Virus record (IMG/VR): IMGVR_UViG_3300009514_000001 | Coordinates: 1-64,000 of that record | Length of the DNA stretch: 64,000 nt | Reading direction: 5' to 3' (one strand) | In this document: piece after piece, positions 29,735 through 37,987 of the stretch | How the letters are laid out: every line of letters begins with the position of its first letter | How positions within the stretch are numbered: position 1 is the first letter of the stretch | The notes under the pieces: model-generated | What the model saw: the letters and a program-made list of their open reading frames with translations, nothing else | Databases searched by the model: none | What the model was told of the DNA's origin: nothing | Made by a program: the position numbers and the translations under genes

Positions 29735-30361
29735 ATGCCGAAGAAGGATAAACTTCTGTCTCTCGGCAAAGCCTCCACTTTGCTAGGTCTTCACCCAAAC
29801 ACACTCCGCAACTGGAGTAATGAGGGGAAGATCAAGTCCGTCCGAACGCCTGGGGGTCACCGTAAGTTCCCCCTCTCGGAGGTCCAGAAGCATATGGGGC
29901 TGGAGTCCTCTGAGGATCAACCAGGAAACCGCACCGCCATCTACTGCCGTGTCAGCAGTCACGACCAGAAGAAAAAAGGTGATCTAGAACGCCAGGCGGG
30001 CCGGGTGAGTTCTTACTGCGTCCAGAAAAGCTACCAGGTGGTTGATGTCCTCCAAGATGTCGGGTCTGGTATGTCTGAGAATCGACCTCGTTTGCGTAAG
30101 CTATTCAAGTTGGTGGACGACCACCAAATTGACCGGGTGGTCGTCGAGCACAAGGACCGCCTGACCCGGTTCGGTTTCGGTCTCTTGCAAGCCTACTTCG
30201 GGAGTCACGGAGTGGCCATCGAGTGGACAGAGGAGACTCTGGGGAAATCCTACGAGGAAGAGTTGGTGGAGGACATCTTGTCCCTCATGGCGTCCTTCTC
30301 CGCCCGCATCTACGGCAAGCGTTCCGCTGAAAACAGGAAGAAAGCCCAGGATAATAAATGA
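29735..30361 (+). CDS. tnpA: IS607 serine-recombinase transposase
   Basis: MerR-like HTH (LGLHPNTLRNW..RTPGGHR), then IYCRVSS.DQK..DLERQ and EHKDRLTRFGF. Confidence 0.93.
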   Translation: MPKKDKLLSLGKASTLLGLHPNTLRNWSNEGKIKSVRTPGGHRKFPLSEVQKHMGLESSEDQPGNRTAIYCRVSSHDQKKKGDLERQAGRVSSYCVQKSYQVVDVLQDVGSGMSENRPRLRKLFKLVDDHQIDRVVVEHKDRLTRFGFGLLQAYFGSHGVAIEWTEETLGKSYEEELVEDILSLMASFSARIYGKRSAENRKKAQDNK

Positions 30362-31080
30362 AAATGAGAGTCTGTATCCCATATTTCGGCGCGAAGTTTA
30401 TGAGAGCACCTCACTACCCGGCCCCTCAACACGACACCATTGTGGAGCCTTTTTGTGGGGGTGCGGGTTATTCTCTGAGACATCACATGAAAAAGGTGAT
30501 TCTATTTGACAAGAGTGAGTACGTCGTTGGTGCCTGGAGGTTCCTTCTCAGATCTCCAAAAAAAGAAATACTCAATTTGCCCCTTCTGGAACCTGGTGAG
30601 GACGTATCCGATCTGAGCATCTGCCAAGAGGCAAAGTGGTTGATCGGGTTTTGGATCAATCAGGGATCTGCGGTTCCGAAGAGGACTATGGGGGGCAGGC
30701 GGTCAAATAGAAGATTCGGAACCTGGGGAGATGCTGCCCGTCAGCGACTTGCTGACCAAGTTGGATCCCTTCGTCACTGGGAAATAAATCAGGGGAGTTA
30801 CACAGAAGTGCCTGATATTAAAGCGACTTGGTTTATAGACCCTCCATACCAAATCCAGGGTAAACATTACCCCCACCGCATCGGGGACTATACGGGTTTG
30901 GCTTTATGGTGTCGGAGCCGAAGAGGTCAGGTGATGGTGTGCGAAAGTGAAGGCGCAGACTGGCTTCCTTTCTCTCCTGTCACAACTGTCGTCGGTGCCA
31001 CGCACCGAAAGACAACCGAAGTTCTCTGGACAAACAAAAACGAGGCATTGGTTCCTCCTATCCACAAGGTGGATAAGTAG
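30358..31080 (+). CDS. Dam/D12-class N6-adenine DNA methyltransferase
   Basis: YFGAK, IVEPFCGGAGY (motif I) and FIDPPY (motif IV). Confidence 0.85.
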   Translation: MKMRVCIPYFGAKFMRAPHYPAPQHDTIVEPFCGGAGYSLRHHMKKVILFDKSEYVVGAWRFLLRSPKKEILNLPLLEPGEDVSDLSICQEAKWLIGFWINQGSAVPKRTMGGRRSNRRFGTWGDAARQRLADQVGSLRHWEINQGSYTEVPDIKATWFIDPPYQIQGKHYPHRIGDYTGLALWCRSRRGQVMVCESEGADWLPFSPVTTVVGATHRKTTEVLWTNKNEALVPPIHKVDK

Positions 31081-31082
31081 TT

Positions 31083-32346
31083 ATGTCTGTCGTCCAAAGG
31101 GCATACAAGGTTGAGATCGACCCCAATAACAAGCAACGCACCGCTCTGCGGTGCCGCTCTGCGGTGCCACGCTGGTTGTGCCAGGTGGGCATTCAATTGG
31201 GGACTCTCCCGTAAAATCGAGTCCTACAAGGAGACGAGGAAGTCCCCGAACAACATCGAGCTTCATCGGGAGTTGAATAAGCTCAAGAGGGCCGACCCAG
31301 AGAACGGTGGAATTCCCTGGATGTACAACGTCTCGAAGTGCGCACCACAGGAAGCTCTCCGAGACCTGGATAAAGCGTTCAAGAGCTTCTTCAGACGCTG
31401 TAAGAAGGGGGCCAAGAGAAAAGGTTTCCCTCGGTTTAAATCTCGTCGGAAGAGTCCCCTCAAATTTCGCCTCACAGGGGCTATCAGGACTTCCGAAGAC
31501 GGCAAACAGATCAAACTCCCCAACTTGGGGTGGATCCGGCTCAAAGAGACCGGGTACCTCCCAGGACCCGAGAGGAAAGAAGTGAAAATCCAGTCGGCAT
31601 CACTCTCTGAGCGAGCCGGAAGGTGGTTCGTTTCTCTGACCTGTAAAGTAGAGGTTCCTGATACCGCACCACGACCGAGAACCAAAGTCGTTGGGGTGGA
31701 TGTTGGAATCAAATCTCTTGCGGTGACGAGCGACGGACAGGTGTTCGAGAATCCGAAAGCCCTGGCTCGTGTGCAACGCCGCTTGCGGCGAGCACAAAAG
31801 GCACTGGCTAGGAAACAGAAGGGCAGTAGGAATCGGGAGAAGGCACGTAGGAGAGTTGCGAAGCTCTACTATCGGGTGTCGTGCATCCGACAAGATGCTC
31901 TACACAAAGCCACCAGTGAGATCGTGAAGGGCGCAGATGTAGTCTGCATCGAGTCCCTGAACGTCTCTGGGATGTTGAAGAACAGGAAACTCTCTCGTGC
32001 TCTTTCTGACGCATCCCTGTCGGAGTTCTTGCGTCAGTTGGCCTACAAGGCTGAGTGGGCCGGTGTTGAGGTGGTAGAGGCCGACAGGTTCTACCCATCG
32101 AGCAAGACCTGTTCTGGGTGTGGTCACGTCAAACAGGACTTGTCTTTGTCTGATCGTACCTACTCTTGTGGGGAGTGTGGTTTGGTGATGGACCGAGACC
32201 TGAATGCCGCAATCAATTTGAAAAACTTGGCCCCGAGTTCCGGGGTGTCAGCCTGTGGAGAGAATGTAAGACCCCAGTCGGAGCTTGCTCGGGTTGGGGC
32301 TATCTCTGCGAAACAGGAACCGAACACAGGAGCTACACCATGTTAG
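31083..32346 (+). pseudogene. tnpB: TnpB RNA-guided nuclease, frameshifted by a 13-bp duplication at 31141-31166
   Basis: GVDVG, CIESL and DRDLNAA RuvC residues and the Zn ribbon are intact; removing one CCGCTCTGCGGTG restores MSVVQRAYKVEIDPNNKQRTALRCHAGCARWAFNW. Confidence 0.88.
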
Positions 32347-32471
32347 CTTTTGGTAAGTTTCGGAGAACGGTTGATGACCCCTCAGGGAGGGTATGACGTG
32401 CTGACGGCCAAGGGTGTGAGAGTCGTCCAACTGGTCTACTTCGGTCCCATCAAGGGTCGGGTACTCAAGTC

Positions 32472-33197
32472 ATGAACCACCGAACTGGCGATCCCGTCTC
32501 CATCCCCCAGGGCAAGGGTTCTCTGAGGGAAGACCTCGTGCGCCGCCTGAATAACGTTGCCCTGGACATCGAGATGTACAGGGAGGGCTTAGACATCGAC
32601 GAACACGTCGCCCTCGACTTTGCCCAACGCTGCGACGTGATTTGTGGTCTTCTCAAGAGGGACAAGGAACCACCATCACCCTTCGCCCAGTTTGTTGACC
32701 CGGCCCTCTTCTGGGCGGCGGTAGCGCAAGGATGGAGTCTTCAGACCAAGGTCGACAATCTCCTCCACGTCGTTGTTCTCGGTCCGACTGGGGTCCCGTA
32801 CGTTCGTACCGACGACTTCGACTCGCCTTTCTTGGCTAAACCGAAAATGTCCTCCCAGTACCCGATCATCGGCATCTGGGTCGTCCGCGACGTGAACGGA
32901 GTTGAGGGGAGTCCCTATTGGGACGAGTTCGCCGGCAACAGCGAGTATACCGTCGTTCGACTGGTCGACGGTGGTGTTGGCATCGTCAGCACCGACTATG
33001 AACGATCCGGTCCCGGGAGACACCGCGTACGGAGGTATTTCAAGGACGAAAAGAGGGGTGAATCCGTCGAGGGCCCACTGAACGCCACCGCCTCGACCAC
33101 CTGGCGCACCTACGAGAATGGCCAAGGAGATGCCTACGGGAGACTCCTCAAGAAGGCCAAGGCCCGGGTGAGGTGTCCGGGGCATGAGATCGCCTAG
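32472..33197 (+). CDS. Hypothetical protein
   Basis: 241-aa ORF. Confidence 0.55.
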   Translation: MNHRTGDPVSIPQGKGSLREDLVRRLNNVALDIEMYREGLDIDEHVALDFAQRCDVICGLLKRDKEPPSPFAQFVDPALFWAAVAQGWSLQTKVDNLLHVVVLGPTGVPYVRTDDFDSPFLAKPKMSSQYPIIGIWVVRDVNGVEGSPYWDEFAGNSEYTVVRLVDGGVGIVSTDYERSGPGRHRVRRYFKDEKRGESVEGPLNATASTTWRTYENGQGDAYGRLLKKAKARVRCPGHEIA

Positions 33198-33225
33198 GTC
33201 CACTTCGGTCCCTCCGGCCGTATAA
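33197..33225 (+). promoter_or_regulatory. Putative phage promoter GGTCC-N18-GTATAA
   Basis: Exact spacing; upstream of the PARP-like gene. Confidence 0.65.
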
Positions 33226-33265
33226 CAGGGTGGAAGCAAACCACCCTTGTCGAGAGGACAAACCG

Positions 33266-35011
33266 ATGGCCAAGGCCGACAAACTCAAGCGAAAGCTCCT
33301 CCCCCCCAACCACACTGCTGCCGACTTCCAGTACAGGGGTCGGCCATCGACTGATGTGGGCGACTTCGGCGAGGACGTGGGTATCGCTGACGGAGCTTGC
33401 GTCAACCAGTTCGGCGATGACGGCTCCGACAAGGGCCGCAACAACTGCAAGTACTACCACGGCGGCGTCGTCCAGAGTACCAAGGACAACTCCTGGTGGT
33501 GCTACTTCCAGTACGGACGCATCGACGACAGTGGCGAAAGCTGGACGGCCCCCTACTCGAACCCGGCGAAGGGTGGCGACTTCCGCGGCGGAGACTTCCA
33601 GTTCTACGGATGCGAGAGCGAGGCCCACGCGCGCAAAGAGTTCGCCGCCCAGATGAGGAAGAAGTCCACGAACCGCCTGGAGAGGAAAGACCTCGGCGGT
33701 GGCGTGAAGGTCTGGGTCTCGAAGACCGACAAGAACGGCAAGAGCAAGGATGGCTACATCATCCAGGCCTTGGCCACACGGACCCGAGGCCTCCCCGACG
33801 CCTACACCATCAAGGACGACACCGGAGTCACCATCAAGGACGACACCGGAGTCGCCGAGGCGAAGGCGAAGCCCAAGAAGAAGACCAAGCGAGCGTCTTC
33901 GGCCCCCAAGGTCCACCCCCAGGTCGTCAAGCTCGCCCAAGACCTCGTGGGTGGTACCAAGACCTTCGCCCGGGCTGCCGCGGCGGCCACGGGTGTCACG
34001 CCCACCCTGGCGGCCATCACCGAGGCTCGCGACGTCATCATCCCCCAGGCGCTCCAGCTCCTCGCCAAGATCGGAGATGACCTCGACGCCCAGCTCAACG
34101 ACAAGAACCTCCAAGGACTGTCCCGCTACATGGCCGGGCGCATCCCCGTCATCATCCCTCGTGGAGCCACTCAAGAGGACCGGGCCAAGATGCTGCTCCT
34201 CTCCAAAGACACCATCATGGAGCGCCAGCAGGACCTCGACGCGTTCGAGGCCGCCCTCAAGTCTGAGGACTTCGAGACCGAAGGGGACTCCCCGGTCGTC
34301 GACTACAACGCCATGCTCGGCGCCCTGGTCGACTGGATTGACCCCCAGAGCGAGTTGGGAAGGTGGTTGGAACCCACATTCCGGGCGATGTCGAACAATC
34401 GTCACTACAACAGTAGGGGACGTCTGGTCATCAAGAACATGTTCAAGGTGGTTCGGCCGGACAGGGACGCCCTTTTCGTGGCTGCGACCAAGAAAGTCGC
34501 TGCCAAATGTCGGGGAAGAGTCGACCTCAAGGCGCGTCTCCAGCCACCAGCCAGGCCCGATGTGTCGGACATCTCGGACGAATACGACCAGGCCAACGTG
34601 TTCCTGGGCATCCACGGAACCCGGGCTGTGAACATCCACCCCATCATGTCGACGAACCTGAGACTTCCAAAGTCTCTCAGAGGAGTCGTAATCACCGGCA
34701 GTGCCTTCGGATCGGGTATTTACGCAGCTTCCGACTGGAAAAAAAGCTATAATTATTGTGGGCTTAGCAGCTCCTACTACGGGGGTGGAGGTACGATTTC
34801 GGGCCGCGGGTTCTTCATGTTCCTCCAGGACATCATCATGGGCCAGGCATACAAGGCCCGATCCGTGGGTTCTTGGCAGACTCCTCCCAACGGGTGTGAC
34901 TCCATCGCGGCCTACCCGGACTTCATGAGGACGCTTCAGAACGACGAGCACATCATCTTCGACCCGTCGTATCAGCGTATCCGATACCTCATCGAAGGGG
35001 AGATTCACTAG
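33266..35011 (+). CDS. PARP-like ADP-ribosyltransferase with WGR and helical regulatory domains
   Basis: YFQYGRI (WGR-like), helical middle, IHGT, GSAFGSGIYAAS..KKS.NY, FMFL.D...G and LQNDEHIIFD..Q.IRYL (H-Y-E triad). Confidence 0.85.
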   Translation: MAKADKLKRKLLPPNHTAADFQYRGRPSTDVGDFGEDVGIADGACVNQFGDDGSDKGRNNCKYYHGGVVQSTKDNSWWCYFQYGRIDDSGESWTAPYSNPAKGGDFRGGDFQFYGCESEAHARKEFAAQMRKKSTNRLERKDLGGGVKVWVSKTDKNGKSKDGYIIQALATRTRGLPDAYTIKDDTGVTIKDDTGVAEAKAKPKKKTKRASSAPKVHPQVVKLAQDLVGGTKTFARAAAAATGVTPTLAAITEARDVIIPQALQLLAKIGDDLDAQLNDKNLQGLSRYMAGRIPVIIPRGATQEDRAKMLLLSKDTIMERQQDLDAFEAALKSEDFETEGDSPVVDYNAMLGALVDWIDPQSELGRWLEPTFRAMSNNRHYNSRGRLVIKNMFKVVRPDRDALFVAATKKVAAKCRGRVDLKARLQPPARPDVSDISDEYDQANVFLGIHGTRAVNIHPIMSTNLRLPKSLRGVVITGSAFGSGIYAASDWKKSYNYCGLSSSYYGGGGTISGRGFFMFLQDIIMGQAYKARSVGSWQTPPNGCDSIAAYPDFMRTLQNDEHIIFDPSYQRIRYLIEGEIH

Positions 35012-35226
35012 CTGGAGTGCTCGGTCACTCTAACCGCCCAGTCCAGGAACTCTTGGACTGGGCGGTTCCGTTTCATGCGGTTACACCTGCTGCAACAAGG
35101 AACACAGTTGTCCACCTCATAGCCTCGGTCGTTATCGACCCGGTCGATGCCTGAGGCACGCAAGACGGGGGTTATCTCCTGTGCCCGATCTGTCGTGCCG
35201 AGCGCCCCGCGCCCTCCTGATTGCAC
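35008..35226 (-). pseudogene. HNH endonuclease fragment
   Basis: GIDRVDNDRGYEVDNCVPCCSRCNRMK. Confidence 0.7.
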
Positions 35227-35229
35227 TTG

Positions 35230-35747
35230 AGACGGGGCGTTCGTCGTTCTTGACGACGACTCAGCGAGTTTGCATACTTGGCGAGCAATCAGGAGGCCGC
35301 CTTGAGGAGGCGTTCGACATCCAGGTCCAGTGCTTCGACCCGGAGGCCGTCGCCCGTCTCAACCGCATCTCGAAGGAGACCGGGGCCGAGTTCGTGCTCA
35401 CGACCAACTGGCGGCGACGCATCGGACCTGAACGCCTGGTCCGAATCCTCAAAGCCATCGGCGTCATGTTCGATGGCCTGGTGTTCCAGACCGGAGTCCG
35501 GTTCAGCCACCAGGAGCGCTCCGACGAGATTCTCGGGTGGCTCAACGACAACCACGGCAAGCTCAACATCGAGAGCTTCGTCATCCTGGAGGACCTCCAC
35601 CCGATGCGCCAGCTTGAAAGGATGACCGTCAGGACGGACGCCCGCTGGGGTCTCCGCGAGAACCACGTCGAGAAGGCCATCGACATCCTCACCGAGTCCT
35701 CGAATGAGGACTGGCTCCCTCTTCTCAACGCCCCGGAGTTCTACTGA
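35230..35747 (+). pseudogene. HAD_SAK_2-like (HAD superfamily) protein lacking a clear N-terminus
   Basis: DPEAVARLNRI..TGAEFVLTTNWR, RSDEI..WL, FVILED and GL.E.HVEKAIDIL; no intact DxDGV start found. Confidence 0.6.
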
Positions 35748-35838
35748 TGGGAAGCGCACCTGAAGCACGGATTTTCTACGGCTACTTCCTCGACGACCTC
35801 GACATCGACGGCTACGCTCGAGAACTTAGGAGAACCCC

Positions 35839-36423
35839 ATGTCCATGACAGACAAGATGCAGAGCCTCCGACGCCACGGAGCAACCAACTTCAACTTCCT
35901 CACTCTGACGAGCGGCCTCTTCGGCCTGGTCGTTGTCCTTTCCGAGGAGGCATCCAGAGCACGGGGTCTGATTCGTATCCTCCAGGTCAATGCTACGACC
36001 CCAGCCGAGACGCCCGGACGACTGATGGACGAAGTCCTCCAGCGCCTCGAAGGCCAGAAGGACATCCCGAAGCACTGGATTGGAGAGGCTGAGACCTCGA
36101 CTCCCTCCGAGGGTCTCAAGCTCATCGTCAAGGAGCGGGAGCGCCAGGTCCAGAAGAAGGGATTTACGCCCGACAAGGACCGTCAGTACACCGACGGTGA
36201 GCTGTACCGGGCAGCTATCTGCTACGCCGCCGGCAAGATGCCGGTGTTCATCCCCTCGGAAGAGGGGGTGGGACATAACAACAGCCCCAACGGAGACAAG
36301 ATGGTCGACCCCTGGCCCTGGGACGCCGAGCACGACCACCGGTCCGCGGACCGAGTCGAAGGTCTGGCGAAAGCGGGAGCGCTCATCGCCGCCGAAATCG
36401 ACCGCCTTCTCTCGATGAGTTGA
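35839..36423 (+). CDS. Conserved phage hypothetical protein (ERERQ..GFT..D..Y..GEL..AA.CYA..WPW..AGALIAAEIDR)
   Basis: Recognisable recurrent phage domain of unknown function. Confidence 0.65.
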   Translation: MSMTDKMQSLRRHGATNFNFLTLTSGLFGLVVVLSEEASRARGLIRILQVNATTPAETPGRLMDEVLQRLEGQKDIPKHWIGEAETSTPSEGLKLIVKERERQVQKKGFTPDKDRQYTDGELYRAAICYAAGKMPVFIPSEEGVGHNNSPNGDKMVDPWPWDAEHDHRSADRVEGLAKAGALIAAEIDRLLSMS

Positions 36424-37389
36424 ATGATGTCTCTCTCCCCGAAAGAACTGGTCGAACACTCCATTACCATCGCCGAGGAGTACCGGCGTCAGGGCCTCAA
36501 CCTGACCCTACGCCAGCTCTACTATCAGCATGTCGCTAGGGGCCTCACGGGCTCCGGGCAGAAGGTCTACAACCGCCTGGGGGCCGCCCTGACCAAGGCC
36601 CGCTACGATGGCAGGTTCCCGGTCGAGTGGCTCTGCGACCGGGGGCGGTCTGTAGAGTCCTCTCAGTCGACGGGCCACAACGTGAAACCCGACTCCGCGA
36701 TGGTCCAGGCTGAGCGCATCATCGGCGACCTTCCACACTGGCTACTCAAGTCTGAGCGCTGGGTGGGCCAGCCTATATACGTTTCGGTGTGGGTCGAGAA
36801 GGAAGCCCTGGCGGGGGTGTTCGAGCCCGTCACTCAACAGTTGGGCGTCGGCATGTTCGCCTGCAAGGGATACCCCTCTGTCAGCGCCCTGTACCAGTGG
36901 CTCGAACAGGCCGACCGAGCCGCCCAGGGCATCTGGGACGACGGTCACGACCACTTCGAGGGCCACGCCGAGAGAGCGGTGGTGCTCTACTTTGGCGACC
37001 ACGACCCTGATGGCTTCGAAATTCCGAGGTCGGCCAAGCGCAACCTCGACAAGCTGGTCAACGTCACCCGGTTCGATCCCGGGCCCATCGAGTTCCGGCG
37101 CATCGCCCTGAATATGGACCAGATTCGCCAGTACTCCCCACCCCCGTTCGAGGCCAAGACCACCTCCTCACGCTACGCCACCTACCGCGTAGAGCACGAC
37201 ACCGAGGACGCCTGGGAGCTGGATGCCCTGGAGCCGACGGTCCTTCGCGATCTCATCAGGACCAACGTCCGGGCCTTGTTCGACCAGGACATCTATGCGG
37301 ACAACCAGGACCTGGTTCGAGAGGCTCGCGAGGAGATGCGTGAGCGCATGGCCGACATCGAGTGGCTCGAAGAGGTCGTCGGAGACTAG
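36424..37389 (+). CDS. Topo VI-A/Spo11-like TOPRIM-domain protein
   Basis: TLRQLYY, VWVEKEAL, GDHDPDG and WELDAL. Confidence 0.75.
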   Translation: MMSLSPKELVEHSITIAEEYRRQGLNLTLRQLYYQHVARGLTGSGQKVYNRLGAALTKARYDGRFPVEWLCDRGRSVESSQSTGHNVKPDSAMVQAERIIGDLPHWLLKSERWVGQPIYVSVWVEKEALAGVFEPVTQQLGVGMFACKGYPSVSALYQWLEQADRAAQGIWDDGHDHFEGHAERAVVLYFGDHDPDGFEIPRSAKRNLDKLVNVTRFDPGPIEFRRIALNMDQIRQYSPPPFEAKTTSSRYATYRVEHDTEDAWELDALEPTVLRDLIRTNVRALFDQDIYADNQDLVREAREEMRERMADIEWLEEVVGD

Positions 37390-37886
37390 CGCTCCAGCGG
37401 CACCGGGACGCCAGAGTAGGGAGCCTGCTTGAGGTCCCCGGACTTGACCACCCCGGCCAGGTGCCGGATGTAGGCCTCGGCGACCTCACTGGCGCTATTG
37501 AGGCCGGAGATGTTCGGCGGGTCGATGTGAGAGGCGCTGAAGCTCTCCGTGATGTTCGGCTTGCGGGGGTCGTGGACGAACTGCTGGAACATCGCCGCCG
37601 GCAGCTCAACCACGAAGAGCATGGCCCGGTGGTCGCCCGACTTGAACAAGTTGAGATGCAACTTCCGATCTCCATCCAGGTGGACCCGAGGCGGGTGTGA
37701 GTTACTCGGGTCGATGTTCGTCGCCCTCTTGCGGATGAGTTCGACGACGGCATCTCTGAACTTGCGGGAGAGATCGACGTCGGTGGTCGAGAGGAGCTGA
37801 CGGATGTAGGCCAGGGACGACGTCTGCTGCGTCACGTAGATGTAGGCCACCCTCCTGGCGATGTTCTCGGCGGCTTGTCGGTTCAT
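37386..37886 (-). CDS. Hypothetical protein (IARRVA motif)
   Basis: GAGGAG RBS. Confidence 0.55.
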   Translation of the reverse strand: MNRQAAENIARRVAYIYVTQQTSSLAYIRQLLSTTDVDLSRKFRDAVVELIRKRATNIDPSNSHPPRVHLDGDRKLHLNLFKSGDHRAMLFVVELPAAMFQQFVHDPRKPNITESFSASHIDPPNISGLNSASEVAEAYIRHLAGVVKSGDLKQAPYSGVPVPLER

Positions 37887-37936
37887 CCAGCCCTCCTCAA
37901 GTCTCTACAGAGTACCAGGCGATAGAGAGACAAGTG

Positions 37937-37965
37937 GGTCCACTTTCGGACCCGGTGTCGTATGG
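37937..37965 (+). promoter_or_regulatory. Putative phage promoter GGTCC-N18-GTATGG in front of the cas operon
   Basis: Exact spacing, 23 nt before the GTG start at 37988. Confidence 0.6.
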
Positions 37966-37987
37966 AGGGCTACGAGGTGAGGAAAGA

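Larger units (their letters stand above)
29433..32370 (+). mobile_element. IS607-family element: small ORF, tnpA, adenine methyltransferase cargo, tnpB; right end ...GGAGAACGG at 32370; left end approximate
   Basis: Serine-recombinase TnpA plus TnpB; AT-rich left region; right end shared with the remnant ending at 58154. Confidence 0.8.

Noticed and set aside
33194-35008. 604-aa - strand ORF (and similar long antisense ORFs over cas7, ligA and the amidase)
   Set aside because: Typical high-GC shadow frames opposite genes with clear family motifs.
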